In this document: in pieces, positions 13,831 through 27,100 of the stretch | How positions within the stretch are numbered: the first letter of the stretch is position 1 | Layout of the letters: each line of letters starts with the position of its first letter | Origin: Stegostoma tigrinum | Lineage: Eukaryota | DNA length: 64,000 nucleotides | NCBI RefSeq assembly: GCF_030684315.1 | Contig: NC_081386.1 | Span: forward strand, 28,550,392 to 28,614,391 | Reading direction: 5' to 3' | Position numbers and translations under genes: made by a program | The notes under the pieces: model-generated | What the model saw: only the letters and a program-made list of their open reading frames with translations | What the model was told of the DNA's origin: nothing | The model's database searches: none

Positions 13831-16800
13831 GGTTTCTCATTGTAAACATTTTCCATTTGGTGCACAAGAGTTAGATTTTTAGATTTTAAAGACATTAAGG
13901 TGAATGGGCAGAGTTTAGGAATATAGCAATTGAATGAAGGATCAGCCATGATCAAATTGAATGGCTTTCTCTTGCTTCTAGTTTCCATGTTACAATCCGC
14001 CATCTCCCACTTTTTCTTTTGTGTTCCTGAAGGGACTGATGTATGTTGGGATTTTGGTTTGTTTACAGTTACACAGCATACTTCCTGTTCCTTTGTGACT
14101 ACTGTGTCTATATTGTGGAATTCCCCAACTCTCAGATTTGCAGAAGTATCTTCAGGACATAGACAGCAGTGGTTCAATAACATGGTTTATGTTCACATTT
14201 TCATCAGCAACTTAGGATGGGCTATAAATGGCGTGCGTGTTGAAAAATCCCACTTTCCAAGAAAGTCAGTTAACACTTCAGGTGGGTTAGTTTTCATCAC
14301 TGATGTGAAATATTAACCCTGTTTCTCTCTCCATCCTACTGCCTGTCCCAGAGTATTTTTGGCATTTTCAATTCAGATTTCCAATGTTTGGAATATTTTA
14401 CATTAGTTCATCAGCTGTGAGTTTGGGGTACCAGTTACTTTTGCCTTGAGTCAAAAGAATGCTTCAAGATGTGTCCCAGATACCTGGGCACAAATGTCTA
14501 GGCTGACATGCTGGTGCAGTAGGGACTGTGCAGGCTCTGTTCTTCAAAATTACATTGAATTAGTAAACTGGAGTGATCAAATCTGAATGGAAATTAAAGG
14601 CTTCAAGAATACAGGTAGATAGCATGTGTCTGTTCAATGCTGGATCTGAGGGTCTAATCTTAAGGCTCTGCACCAGAAACCGAGCCCTCTGGCAGAGTCC
14701 AAATCAGTAATTTATACTTTGTTTTAAGTAATTCTTTTTAATTTCTCTTCGCTGACATCCATGCTGTTTTGGAACTTTGAATGCTAGACTGAATTATACT
14801 TTCATAAAGAAAGGTATCAATTTTAAAACTGTATGAAATGTTTATGGTTAATATGCAAAAAGGATGGTTTGATCATTTCATATGTTCAATTTCCACTCAT
14901 AAAAAGGAAGATGGTGTGGTCTTGCTTCAATTGTAAATTGGGATAACTACTACGCCTGAACCCCAGGGACCCTCTGACTGCATAGAATCATATTTTAAAT
15001 TTACGAGTCACTGAAATTTCATTTCTATCTGTTCTGAATCCCAAATGACAGTAATTATACACTATTTCAACTGTGTTGAAAGCAATCTACAATTAGACCC
15101 GTGGTGATGTCTCATATAAAGGGACCCAACCCTATTACTCACAAAGCAAAGGAAAACTCATTACAGGTGTTAAAAGGTGTTGCGTGCCTTTTATAAAATA
15201 TCATAGGTTGCAAAAGGTTAAATTAAGAAGTCAACGTCCAGGGAATTTATAGAGGGTGTGAGAAAAATAAGTTAGACTTTTAATCAGTGTTGAGTGTAGA
15301 CCAAAACATATTTGTATCTGTACTGATGAAAGGGATACCTCTGATGTTGGAATTCTACAGGGGGAGGGAAAAGAAACAAGCTCAGGCTAACAAAAGCAGT
15401 GAGTATCTGAGCCATCTCAAACAAAAAGACCACCAAGTCTGTGCTAAATTTGTCACTTTCAATTGGCAATTCAACATCAGTCCACTGAAACAAGTTTAAA
15501 AACTTTCATTGATGTGGTGCCACTCACAAGGAGGGCTCTCATGACACAGTGAAATGTCCTTACCCCTGTATCAGAATACCTGGGTTTAAGCCCCACCTGT
15601 TCCAGAGGTGTATACTAAAAGCATCTCCACAGATTGATTAGGAAATATTTAGATGGTGCTTTTCATCACAGAATCACTGAGTTATTACAATGCAGAAGAT
15701 ACCATTTAGCCTATCATGCATGCAAAGAGAAAAAAACTGAGGGACTCGAACACAAAACCTGGAACAGCTCAGTGGGTCAGACAGCATCTGCAGAGGGAAA
15801 GAGAGTTAACATCTCACATCTGGGACCATCTCAGGCTTCAAACATTAACTCTTCTTTTCCTCAGCAGATTTCCTTGACCTGTTGTATTTTTCAGGTTTTA
15901 ATTGTTTGTTTGGTGAATAGAGGGACTGAATCTCACACCTGAGAAAGGATCAAATCACTAATCAGGGAATGGATTTTGCAGCAAGAGCTGAAAACAATGC
16001 TTCAGATTTTGCAATATTTAATCGGGGGAATTTTCAGTTGTCTTGAGGTGCCTGCATTCCTCCAGTTTTGACCCTCTTGCACATCTCTGATTTCCATCCA
16101 TTCATGATTGGTGAGAATGTCTTAGGCCCTAATCATTGGGTTCCCTCCCTCAACCTTTCCACAAACCCACATCTTTCTTTGCTTTTCAAACACCCTTTGA
16201 AACCCGCCTCTTTAACAAAACTATTGCTCCCTATCCTAACATGTGACACAACGTCGAATGCCATTTGATAGCACACCTGAGAAGCGGTTTGACACATTTT
16301 GCTGTACAGCATTAAATGTGTTATTTCAATGCAAGTTAATGCACTTTTTAAAAAAAAGTGTTGGCAGACCAATGCATCAAATGTAGCCAGGCAGGGGCAG
16401 AAACAGAAAACATGGCTTCCCAGTCTGAGCACAGCCAGCCCTGTAGAAGAGAAAACTAGTAAAATTTGCAAATGATATATGGTGGTCTGACTCACCTTGC
16501 ACACATTAAAATGGAGCTCCAAAGTGATCAGTACATTCATTTCCAAGTATTACTTCTTTCTCTAACTGTTTTTAATCCCCTCTAGCTGTTTATTGGACCC
16601 GATGTACACCCCATCTTAAACCATGTAGCCAGGCAATTGTCAAAAATTGTAACGTCAAGACCGCAAGGGGAAATGAAAAATATTAAGAACTGTATGTTTT
16701 TATGTGTGTGTGTGTGTGTTGCAGAATGTGTGAATAGAAAGGGTAGAATGTGAAAAACTGAAAAATCTACAGTACCAGCTGTACAATGGTGACATCTACT

Positions 16801-17029
16801 GTCCAAAATCTTTAGCGTCCCACTGCTTCATATGAACTGGTTTTAAGCAATAGGCACACAGACGTTTGAGAAGTAAATAAAAATGTACCTGGATTGTTGC
16901 AGTAAGAGATGTGAATCAAATTGCAGTAAATTAGGTTGACACACAGGTCAACACAAATCCAACTGCATAGCAGAGCGTGTTCAGAGGCTGAATGGACTAC
17001 TTCCGTTGTTGTGGGAAATAAAGGGAATT

Positions 17030-17800
17030 TTATGGAGTCATACAGTACAGAAACAGACCCTTTGGTCTGACTTGTCCACGTCGACTACATTTCCCAAACT
17101 AAACTTGTACTATTTACCTGCATTTGGCCCATATCCCTCTAAACCTTTCCCATTCATGTTCCTGTCTAAATGTCTTTTAAATGCTGTAACTGCACCTGCA
17201 TCTATCTCTTCATGACAGTTCGGGATTTGAACCACACTGTGTGAAAAAGTTGCCCCTCAAGTCCCTTTTAAATCTTTCTCCTCTCACCTTAAAATTATGC
17301 CGTCTACTTTTGAACTCCTCTTCCCTGGAGTAAAGACCTTTGCTCTTCACCATGATTTTATAACCACTATAAGGTCACCTCTCAACCTCCTATGATCCAG
17401 GAAAATAAAACTCCTATTCTATCCATCCGCTCCTTCTCAAAACTCAAAACCTCCAGTCCCAGTAACATCCTGTTTTTGTAAATCTTTTTGACAGGGTAAA
17501 TGTTGAGAGGATGTTTCCACTTATAGCAGAGTCTAAGATAAATGGGCATAGTCTCAAAATTAATAGATGCCAATTTATTACCGATATGACGAAGAATTTC
17601 TTCACTTAAGAGGGTTGAGGGTCTTTGGAACACCTTGCTGAAGACAGCTATCAACTATTAAGCCGACAGATCAGTAGGATTATGAGGAAAGGGCAGGAAA
17701 ATGGACATGAGGAGTGTTGGATGAGCCACGGTTCAACTGAATGGTGGACCAGGCTTGATAGGCTTAACAGCTTAGTCCTATTCCTATTTCTTATGGTCTT
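17030..17800. mobile_element. Two CR1-type LINE 3' ends in opposite orientation (- 17030-17490; + 17490-17800)
   Basis: Minus copy resembles the reverse complement of 41090-41609; plus copy ends in the tail cctatttcttatggtctta, as at 27730 and 36302. Confidence 0.7.
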
Positions 17801-18649
17801 ATAAATTCAAACTTTTTTTGGAGCAGAAATCAATGTTAACAGAGTTTCAATCAGCAATTCAGGTACAAAAGACTGCAGTCTGCTTGATGTTTTTGTCAGT
17901 GAATCACAAACTTGTTACAGTGCCAGGTCTCTAAATGAGCATCTCTACAAAATAAAAGCAAAATACTTTAGCTGTTGTAAATCTGCAATAAAAATGGAAA
18001 ATCCTGGAGAAACTCGGCAGATCTAGGGCATTATCTGTTGAGACAGAAACAAGATTTACTATTTGGAGTCTGACATGACCCTTCTTCTGAACTAAACAAT
18101 GGCAGCTCCATGGAACTCTCTCACTCCAGTGGGAGAAGCATTCAAGAAAGTGTTTAAGATCTTGAATGTTTCCGACAAGCCCAAACGGTGGAGGAAGCAT
18201 GTTAAAATCCAAGCATCCTGCCAGCTTCTTCAACACTCAGATGACCCTGCCATGGTAAGGTATGCAGATCCAGCACTGGGCTGTGAATCACCTCATGACC
18301 TGCAACTCTGGAGTGGATCTCTCAACCTCAGAGGGACTGACGAAGACTTTACAGTCAGTGTCCCTGGCCTGACCCTCAAGGCTACTCTCAGCACCTACCT
18401 GACACTGAAGCTGCCATTGGTCCGACCCCCAAACTTGCCCTCACCTCCATGTGACCCCCAAAGCCCGTCCCCACCCCATTTGGCCTCCAGCCGCTGGCGG
18501 CGCTGTGCGCAACTCAGGTGCCTCTCGGATTTCCCTCTTGCCCCTTTGTACACTTAAAAAAAAATTCCCCCAAAAGAGATATTAAAGCATATTGGCCAAA
18601 GGCAGCTATACCGAGACCGGTCATGGAGCAGCCACGATGCTAATGACCT

Positions 18650-18985
18650 TGTGGTCTTATCGCTAGAGTGTTAATCCAGACATCAAGGTAATGCTCTGGA
18701 GTCCTGGGTTCGAATCCCATCACGTCTGATGTTGAATGAAATAAAAGGGGATCCGGAATTCAGAATTTAATGATGACTGTGAAACCACCGTCAAGTAAAT
18801 CCCACTTGGTTCACTAATGCGCTTTAGGGAAGGAAATCGGCCACCCTTACCTGCTCTGGCCAATACTTGACTCCAGACCCACACCAATGTGACTGACTAT
18901 TGAGCAGTGAGAGATGGCCTTTCCGCCCTCTCCCTGACAACAGGGACCAGAAAAAAAATCCACGCCTGACGTAACGAACCTGATG
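18650..18985 (+). mobile_element. tRNA-headed SINE directly upstream of the AEN promoter
   Basis: B box GGTTCGAATCC (~18707); body ggttcactaatg...gggaaggaaatc...gactccagacccac is the reverse complement of copies at 22770, 39530, 43105, 56140 and 63475. Confidence 0.75.
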
Positions 18986-19002
18986 ACGACGGTGAACAAT
19001 AG

Positions 19003-19415
19003 CCAATGGGAATCCAGGAGATTCAGCTCAGCCAATCAGAAGGCATTGAGCGTGACGGCTCCTCACTAGTCGTGCACGGAGCTGAGATGCATTTACCAAT
19101 CAACTGTGTGGGACACGGCGTCCAATCAGAGAGCGGCATCGGGTGCTACCCAATCAGTGCGCAGTAGCCGCGGCACGGAGACCAATCGGAGCGCGAAATT
19201 GAGGGCTAACCAACCAGCATGCAGCTGCGGCGGCACAGCGGGTAAGTAAGAAGACCAGTCAGCATTCAGTAACCTTGGCACGGCGTCCAATCGGAAGGCG
19301 GGGTTGAGGGATAACCAATCATCGTGCAGTGACTGTGGCACCGCGGCCAATCGGCGTTCGATTTGTCGGAGGAGGCCAATCGGCGAGTGGAGACCTTAAA
19401 CCAATGAGCGGGCGG
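19003..19415 (+). promoter_or_regulatory. AEN CpG-rich promoter with a tandem CCAAT (NF-Y) array and GC box
   Basis: 11 perfect CCAAT (19003, 19032, 19096, 19122, 19150, 19182, 19287, 19315, 19347, 19376, 19401), GGGCGG at 19410, high CpG density. Confidence 0.8.
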
Positions 19416-19429
19416 AGCCTGGAAAGCAT

Positions 19430-19591
19430 GTGGCAGAAGCCGGAGCCGGTGGAGCGGCGTTTGAGGGAGTGTGGGGCTTTGCGTTGACACCGGATGTTTG
19501 GTCGGGGGGAGCTCCCGGCTACCAGCGGGGCCTGCTGTACGCCACCGAGTCTTCAAGGCTCGCGGTTCGTAATCCTCGTCCCGGAGGCACG
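19430..19591 (+). other. AEN: Probable non-coding exon 1 of AEN (start approximate)
   Basis: GC-rich segment after the CCAAT array ending in donor ACG|GTAAGG (GT at 19592); next acceptor ttttgcag at 20895 precedes the ATG. Confidence 0.6.
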
Positions 19592-20925
19592 GTAAGGCTC
19601 AAGGGTTAATTTAGGAGCAGAGGCCTGTCTCTCTCCTGAATTTACAAGGTTAGAGGATGATCTGATCAAGATCAGGAAATGACAGCGTGGATTAAGAAAA
19701 AAAATAAATCAGTTACTAACAGAAATGACAGGGTACGTAGAAATAAATTATCTTCGAGAGGGAGTTGAAAACAAGTTGCTGGAAATGCTCAGCAGGTCTG
19801 GCAGCATCTGTGAAGAGACGTCAGAGTTAACGTTTCAGGTCCAGTGACCCTTCCTTTTCGAGAGGGCATATCCTGACAGCAGGGGCCAGACCCTTGAGGA
19901 GAGATTTCGTGAAGTATTTCCACACCCTGAGGGTGGTAGAGGTTCGCAACTCTCTGCCACAAACGGCATTGGATGCTGCATCAGGTTTTAATTTTATGTC
20001 TGTGATAGATTTTGTTCCCCCCCCCCCCCCCCAAACGTACTGAAGGATGTGGGCCAATGGATATAGGTCACAGATCAACCAGCATCTTAGTAAATAATGG
20101 CAGTGTCCCAAGGGGCCGAATGGCTTTCTGCTGATCAGTGTAGGAGTGCCGCACTGTCAGGGTGTCAGCGCCGAGAACGTCGGCACTGTCGTCAGTTTCT
20201 GAAAAAGATGGTGTGTAAATGCCAGCCCCTCGGCTGTGATTCACATTTTAAATGTTGTCAAACAGAGCTGAGTCAAAACCCTAAGTCCTCCTTCGTAAGC
20301 AGCATTTTGGATGCATCTGCTCAGCTATGACTTGCACACATCTGGATAGTGCCTTTCCACTATCTTCTGGAGGAATGTTTGGGTTGGGCAGCCAGATACT
20401 GGTCTAGCCAATGACACCCACACCTCATGAACGAGTACAAAAAAGTTGCATAATAATCACTGGGGGAAATGACCAGTTAATGTTTTGGATTGTATTGTTT
20501 GAGAGATAATAAGTAGTGTGTATATTCCTGTCCCCTGCCCTTAAATAATGCCACATGATTCTTTTGTCTGAACAGGCGGTTGGGGGGATGGGCTGAAGAA
20601 GGTATTTCAGACGATTTATCACTCGGTACTTCACTGATGTGTCAGTGTGGACTATGTACTAAAATCCACAAATGAAACCTAAGCTTCTTGCCTGGTAATA
20701 ATGTGAAAGTTCTGGCAACAAATTAGTGAAGTCTAAATCACTATCTGGCAGAGCCTGATGATGAAAAATATTAAACTTACCTGTGCTGAGATTCATTAAT
20801 ATGCATTGACTGTTTCCTTCTAAACTCAGGGGACTGATAACTTGTTATTACTAGGAGTCTCCACTTAATTTAAGGGACTTGTGTTGATTTTGCAGATTCC
20901 AAGAAGTCTCCATTTGGACTAAAGA

Positions 20926-21699
20926 ATGCCAAGTGTAGTTAGCATGCGTGTAGACCCTGCTGTACCCTCTTCTGAAGTCACAGACTTCAGGCTGCTCCCT
21001 GCATCTTCCAGGTTAAACCAGTTCCTCTGCTGCTCACCTGTGGCTGCAAGCCCCGATGGCCAGACCAAGCGCAAGAAGATACCAAGCCGGAGGCATGTGC
21101 GTTTCCTGGAGAGGAAGGCTTTCCTGGAGAAGGAAGGGATTCTCAAGCAGGGTCACATGAAAAGGAAGCAGCGACCTTTGAACCAAACAAGCTGTCCGAG
21201 CATCAGTAACCCAAACTATACACTACAGTCTGGAGATGCCACGCGATCAGGTGGTTCTGATGTGAATGGAGATCAGTCCCATCTGATTGGTGCTTCCAGT
21301 CCATGGCCTGAAGCTGAATGGAGAGATGTTCACTCTACTTGCTCTTCGAAGTTCATGGACCAGAGTGATAAAACTTGTCCTTTAGAAAGGAGAAATCTGC
21401 TGAATCCTGAGGACCTTTATGGGCTGCCACAAGCTGCACTCCTGTGCCAGACAAGTCTGTCACCCATCTGCTGTAATCCTGCCAAGTATGTGGCAATTGA
21501 CTGTGAGATGGTTGGAACAGGCCCCTGTGGGCGTGTTAATGAAATGGCCAGGTGTAGCATCGTGAACTATCAGGGCCTAGTCATCTATGACAAGTATGTG
21601 AAGCCTAAACAACCCATCACGGATTATCGGACCCGCTGGAGTGGCATTCGAAAATGGCATATGGTGAACGCAATTGAGTTCAATGTTGCTCGGAGGGAG
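20926..21699 (+). CDS. AEN: Apoptosis-enhancing nuclease, first coding exon (basic NLS/NoLS region + ExoI motif)
   Basis: [26 protein letters not shown] resembles the AEN N-terminal basic motif; [12 protein letters not shown]...ARCSIVNY...YDKYVKP...[11 protein letters not shown]; donor GAG|GTGGGT, phase 0; acceptor at 20895. Confidence 0.93.
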
Positions 21700-22767
21700 G
21701 TGGGTGTATTAAACATGTTGAATGTTGCATTCACTTAATACCCATTATCCCTTAGTCTGGAATTAATGAATTCATCACTCACTCCCTCTGGCCTAACATC
21801 CCTTATGCAGTGCTGAAAGACAACCTGTCTTTCAAGTAAGACATTACACCGAGATCCCGATTAAGTTTTGTGGTGCGGGGTTGTATGCAGAGAATCCCAG
21901 AACACTACTTTGCAGAGGACGAGGTGTATCTTAACTATTTTTTTGACCAACTTGACCCCAGTGTCTTGACCAATTTTTATCCCTTGATTAGCATTACTGT
22001 GCAAGAGTATCTACTCATTGTCACATTGTTTGTAAGCTCTGTAAATTGCTGGGTCTACAGACCTGCAGTTCCCTGGGGCATGTTATCAAAGCTGAAGCAG
22101 TGAGCGGTGATCACAGAAATGCTGCTGCTCACCCTGTTACTTCCCTAATGTATTTCATGTAATCACTGTTCCAGCCATGATGGGTAGGTCCTGCAGTATG
22201 AAGTAGACACATCCAGTTCACTGATATCTGACAGTAAGGATTTGAATCAGAAGCATTATTAAAACGATCTGTATGTGCTCTATTTTCGTATCTTTATGAT
22301 GCTCACGATTTGTACTTTAGATGTTATAGGGTAGGGGGATTGAAATTGATGTTTGAAAAGGGGGTTCCTTTAACTGGAGAACATTTGAGAATTGCAGGTT
22401 CCCACGGATTCTGAGAGTTGATTCAATTCCAGAAAACTGCCAGAAATAATGTTTGGTTCAACCATATCTGATGATGTAATAGAACTTGTTATCAAAATAT
22501 GAAATAAAAACAAAAAAGTTGCAAAAATTCACCAGCTCAAGCATCATCTACGAGCAGAGAGCAAAAAAACAGATTTAATGTACCTATTCTAGTCAAACCA
22601 ATAAACCTACTCCAATGTGACTAACAGGCAACCGACAAACTGCAGACACACCACTCCCATAAAACAATTAAACCTTGTATCTTATTAAGAAAAATTATAT
22701 TTGGTGTCAGTACTACCATAACACTTTGCAAGTTTCGAGGGGTTTTGTATTTTGAGTAATTTTCTTT

Positions 22768-23100
22768 TATTCATTAATGGGATGAGCATGTCCCTGGCTC
22801 GGCAGCATTTATTGCCCATCCCAACTTCAGAGTCAACCACATTACTGTGAGTCTGGAGTCACATGTAGGCCAGACTGGGTAAGTATGGCAGTTGCCTTCC
22901 CTAAAGTATGTTATGAACCAGATTGGTTTTTCCTGACAATCAACAATGGATTCCTGGTCATCATTAGATTTTTAACTCCAATTATTTTACTGAATTCAAA
23001 TTTCATCATCTGCCATGGTGGGATTCGAACCTGGGTCCCCAGAACATTATCTGGGTCTCAAGGTTAACAGTACAGCGATAATACCACCAAGCCATCACCT
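22768..23100 (-). mobile_element. tRNA-headed SINE (same family as 18650-18985)
   Basis: ggattcgaacc (B box on -) and family body gagtcacatgtaggccagac. Confidence 0.8.
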
Positions 23101-23512
23101 CTCATTTATAGTGACTTCCCTTGTATGTGAGGTAGAATTGGAGTACAGCTGTGGTGAAGGAAGAGGACGTGATTATGGCTGGGCATTTTCAGCCTGCAGG
23201 GGTTTTGCCCAGGTCTGATGACACATCTGCGTGGATACAATTTAAAAGCACATTCATTCTGGGGGATGTCACTCTCAATATCTATTTATTCCCCCTCTCT
23301 TAGGAAGATCAGCCTCTGTCTTGAACTGTTGTCTGCGTGGTGAAAGGACACCTATAGTGTTATTAGATAGAGAATTCCAGGATTTTTCACCTAGTGACAA
23401 TGCAGGAATAGCCATCGTGTGCCCAAACTTCTTAGGGGAACTTGACGTAGTAGATGTGGAGATGTCGTTCCTGCTTTTGGGACAATCCAAGACAAAAGTG
23501 TGTAATCGCTGA

Positions 23513-23667
23513 AATCCAAAGTTACACCACACCAGGTTATAGTCCAACAAGTTTATTTGAAATCACAGCTTTTGGAGCACTGCTCCTTCTTCAGCGCTGA
23601 GACTATAACCTGGTGTTGTATGATTCTGCCTTTGTCCACCCCAGTCCAACATGGCACCTCCACATGA
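23513..23667. mobile_element. Short Penelope-type insertion with internal inverted repeat, inside a CR1 fragment
   Basis: 10-bp direct flanks TAATCGCTGA (23503-23512, 23668-23677); inverted caccaggttatagtc/gactataacctggtg; hammerhead-like CTGAAGA-A-GGAGC-agt-GCTCC-AAAA on -. Confidence 0.7.
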
Positions 23668-23956
23668 TAATCGCTGAGTAAGGGATCACCCATTTAAGAC
23701 CAATGAGGATGAATTTCTTCTCTGAGGGAGTGAATCAGAGGGTACTGGGGTGAAAGGCAGGAAAGTAGAGTTGAGGATTATCAAATCAGCCATATTGTTA
23801 TCTAATGGTGGAACAGACTCAATGGATTTGAGTGGCCTACTTTTGGTCTTGGGTCTTCGTGAGCTCAGTTAGAATAGTGCATGACAGGGGTGGGGTGCAA
23901 GCAGGGTTAGTAAATCTGAAAGGTAATAAACATGTTAAATCTGTGCTTTCATTTAG

Positions 23957-24157
23957 ATTTTGAAGATACTGAAGGGTAAAATTGTTGTGGGCCACGCATT
24001 GCACAATGACTTTAAAGCACTGAAGTATTTTCATCCGACATCTCTGGTAAGGGACACGAGTAAGATCCCATTGTTGAAGCGGAAGGCTGGCTTTCCTGAA
24101 AGAGAATCCGTATCCCTGAAGAATCTGGCGAAGCAACTTTTGGGTAAAAGCATCCAG
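23957..24157 (+). CDS. AEN: AEN coding exon 2 (ExoII motif)
   Basis: tttag|ATT...CAG|gtgagt, 201 bp, [27 protein letters not shown]...RDTS...[15 protein letters not shown]. Confidence 0.95.
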
Positions 24158-27100
24158 GTGAGTATATGAACTGACTATACGTTTACTCTGGGAGTTCTGT
24201 TCCACAATGTGGGACTGAGGGTGCATCAGAGCTGGAACACACACAACATCCATGTGGCAGTAAACCTTGGGTTCTGCCTTAGCTATACTCCCCCAGCATG
24301 TGCATTGATTGCACAATTCAACAGGAATATTGGAAATGGGAATAGGCTATTTGGCCCCTCAGTCATGGCTGATTTTCCAACTTGGCATCATTTTCCTGCC
24401 GTAACCCCACATTCCTTGAAGACTTTAAAGTTTAGAAGTTCATTATTTATCTTGGTGGGATTCAGTGAGTCTACTGAATTACTTCACTGGCTTTTGAGGA
24501 TAGAAAATTCTAAAGGTTCACCACCTCTGAGTGGAGAAATTCTTCTTCTCTTTATCCTGAATTGCCTACCTCTTCTGAAATAGTGTCCCCTTGTTCTAGA
24601 TCCCTCCAGCCTGGGGAACATGCTTCCAGCATCTAGCCTATTAAATCATGTAAGAATTTTGTATACTTCAGTTAGATCACTTCTCATTCTTCTAAATTCT
24701 AGAGAATACAGGACAGGCCTTCTCGATCTCTCCTCATAGGACACTCCCAAGGATGAGTTTCATTGCACACTTACTATGATAAGTATATCTTTCCTTAATT
24801 AAGGAGCCCAAGATTTTGGGTATGGTCTTGTCAAGACTTTACCAAAACCTTGCATTTACGTTGTGCTTGCAAAATCTTAGTTTGGTCTTTTCACGGCAGG
24901 TTACTGTTGAAGTGCATTTGGGTAAATGTAATTGCCAGATAGTACATCCACCACAACAACTAGACAAAGTTTCTTCTAACTTCTCAACTCTCTTCCTCGC
25001 TCCCAAACCCACTGATAAAATTCCATCACCTCCGACATGGATTATCTCTGCTACTGCACTGAAATGTGGGCCTTGATTTTGTATTTCGCTCCTAGGGTGG
25101 CTCGAACACATTACAAGCTCAGAGACGAGTGTTATCGACAGAATGCACGGGGAACTTACTGGCCTTACGTAACATGCAAGATTCCCTCTAATCTGCGCAG
25201 TTGCACACACAGGCGCAGCAGTTCTAAAGTTCCACGATAGGCATCCAGCACTCCAATCGCAGTTGTAGCTTCTGGTTATGGAGGTTGCTGCCAAGCGCAG
25301 ACTTCAGAGGCCTTTACAGCCAGAAAGAAAATTAGAGAGCATGTTGATAATCTATCTGCATTTTTGCTCCATTGGGAAATCGGATCCGTTCAGCCATGAA
25401 TTCTGCAGGATGTTTCCCCGACTCCCTTCCTGATCAAGTTAAAACCTGGGCCTGTCAGCCAAGGGGGCTTCCATTCCTGCTGCTTGTATCTGTAGAGTTG
25501 CGTATGTCTGGTGAGAACAGTGTAAGATTTTACATGGTGCCCCTCATAGTTGAAGTGCCTGCTGCCACTTCTCAAAACTTATGTATGTGAATTGAGCCCT
25601 TGGATAAGGTAATGTATATGGTGGGTTTTGTTTGCAGTTGTGGATCTGTGCTCTGTCAGTTGGGACTTCGGGGACAGAGGTGGGTGATTTTATTAGGAAT
25701 GGTGTCAGGGAAATGATTTTCTCCTTGGTTTGCTGTCATTAAGGAGACTCAGAGTGCAGAGTTGAGCATAGTAGGCATTACAAAAGAGAAAGTGCTAGAA
25801 AAGCTGGAAGGTCTAAAAATTGATAAATTTCCAGGCCCTGATGGGCTACATCCTAGAGTTCTGAGGGAGGTGGCTGAGGAAATAGCAGAGGCTTTGGTTG
25901 TAATCTTTCAAAAGTCACTGGAGTCTGGGAAAGTCCCAGATGATTGGAAAATTGCTGTTGTAACCCCCTTGTTTAAGAAAGGATCAAGACAAAAGTTGGA
26001 AAATTATAGGCCAATTAGCCTAACCTCAGTTGTTGGTAAAATTCTAGAATTCATTGTTGAGGATGAGATTTCTAAATTCTTGGAAGTGCAGCGTCAGGTT
26101 AGTAAGGGAGGATCGTGCCTGACAAACCTGTTAGAATTCTTTGAAGAGGTAACAAGTAGGTTAGACCAGGGAAACCCAGTAGATGTCATCTATCTAGACT
26201 TCCAAAAGGCCTTTGATAAGGTGCCTCACGGGAGGCTGCTGAGTTAGGTGAGGGTCCATGGTGTTCGATGTGAGCTACTAGCTTGGATTGAGGATTGGCT
26301 GTCTGACAGAAGCAGAGAGTTGGGATAAAAGGCTATTTTTCGGAATGGCAACCAGTGACAAGTGGTGTCCCGCAGGGTTCAGTGTTGGGGCTACAGCTGT
26401 TCGCTATATATGTTAATGATCTGGATGAAGGGACTGGGGCATTCTGGCGAAGTTTGCCGATGATACGAAGATAGGTGGACAGGCAGGTAGTACTGAGGAG
26501 GTGGGGAAGCTGCAGAAAGATTTAGACAGTTTAGGAGAGTAGTCCAGGAAATGGCTGATGAAATTCAACGTGAGCAACTGTGAGGTTTTGCACTTTGGAA
26601 GAAAGAATACAGGCATGGACTATTTTCTAAACAGTGAGAAAATTCATAAGGCAAAAGTACAAAGGGATCTGGGAGTGTTGGTCCAGGATTCTGTAAAGGT
26701 CCATTTGCAGGTAGAGTCAGTGATTAAGAAAGCAAATGAAATGTTGTTGTTTATCTCAAGAGGGTTGGAATATAAAAGCAGTGATGTGCTTCTGAGACTT
26801 TATAAGGCTGTAGTTAGGCCTCATTTAGAATATTGTGACCAATTTTGGGCCCCACACCTCAGGAAGGACATACTGGCGCTAGAGCGTGTCCAGCGGAGAT
26901 TCTCACGGATGATCCCTGGAATGGTAGGTTTAACATACGATGAATGGCTAAGGATCCTGGGATTGTATTCATTAGAGTTTAGAAGGTTGAGGGGAGATCT
27001 AATAGAAACTTACAAGATCATGTATGGCTTAGAAAGGGTGGATGCTGGGAAGTTGTTTCCATTAGGTGGGGAGACTAGGACTCATGGGCAGATCCTTAGA

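Noticed and set aside
18099-18557. 152-aa ORF upstream of AEN
   Set aside because: No domain motif, Pro-rich low-complexity end, no supporting splice structure
18650-18725. tRNA gene
   Set aside because: The B box belongs to a SINE head; no complete cloverleaf, and a SINE body follows
11700-19000. miR-7-2 hairpin expected upstream of AEN from human synteny
   Set aside because: Mature sequence TGGAAGACTAGTGATTTTGTTG not found on either strand by eye
19400-20900. p53 response element (AEN is a p53 target in mammals)
   Set aside because: Only isolated imperfect half-sites (e.g. AAGCATGTGG, AAACAAGTTG); no paired decamers seen
21700-21738. ORF-track extensions of AEN/ISG20 exons past splice sites (also 24158-24169, 45710-45736, 48160-48291)
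   Set aside because: Read-through into introns beyond clear GT donors; homology stops at the donors
24839-25294. 151-aa antisense ORF in AEN intron 3
   Set aside because: No recognisable homology, non-ATG start; probably chance or an old repeat
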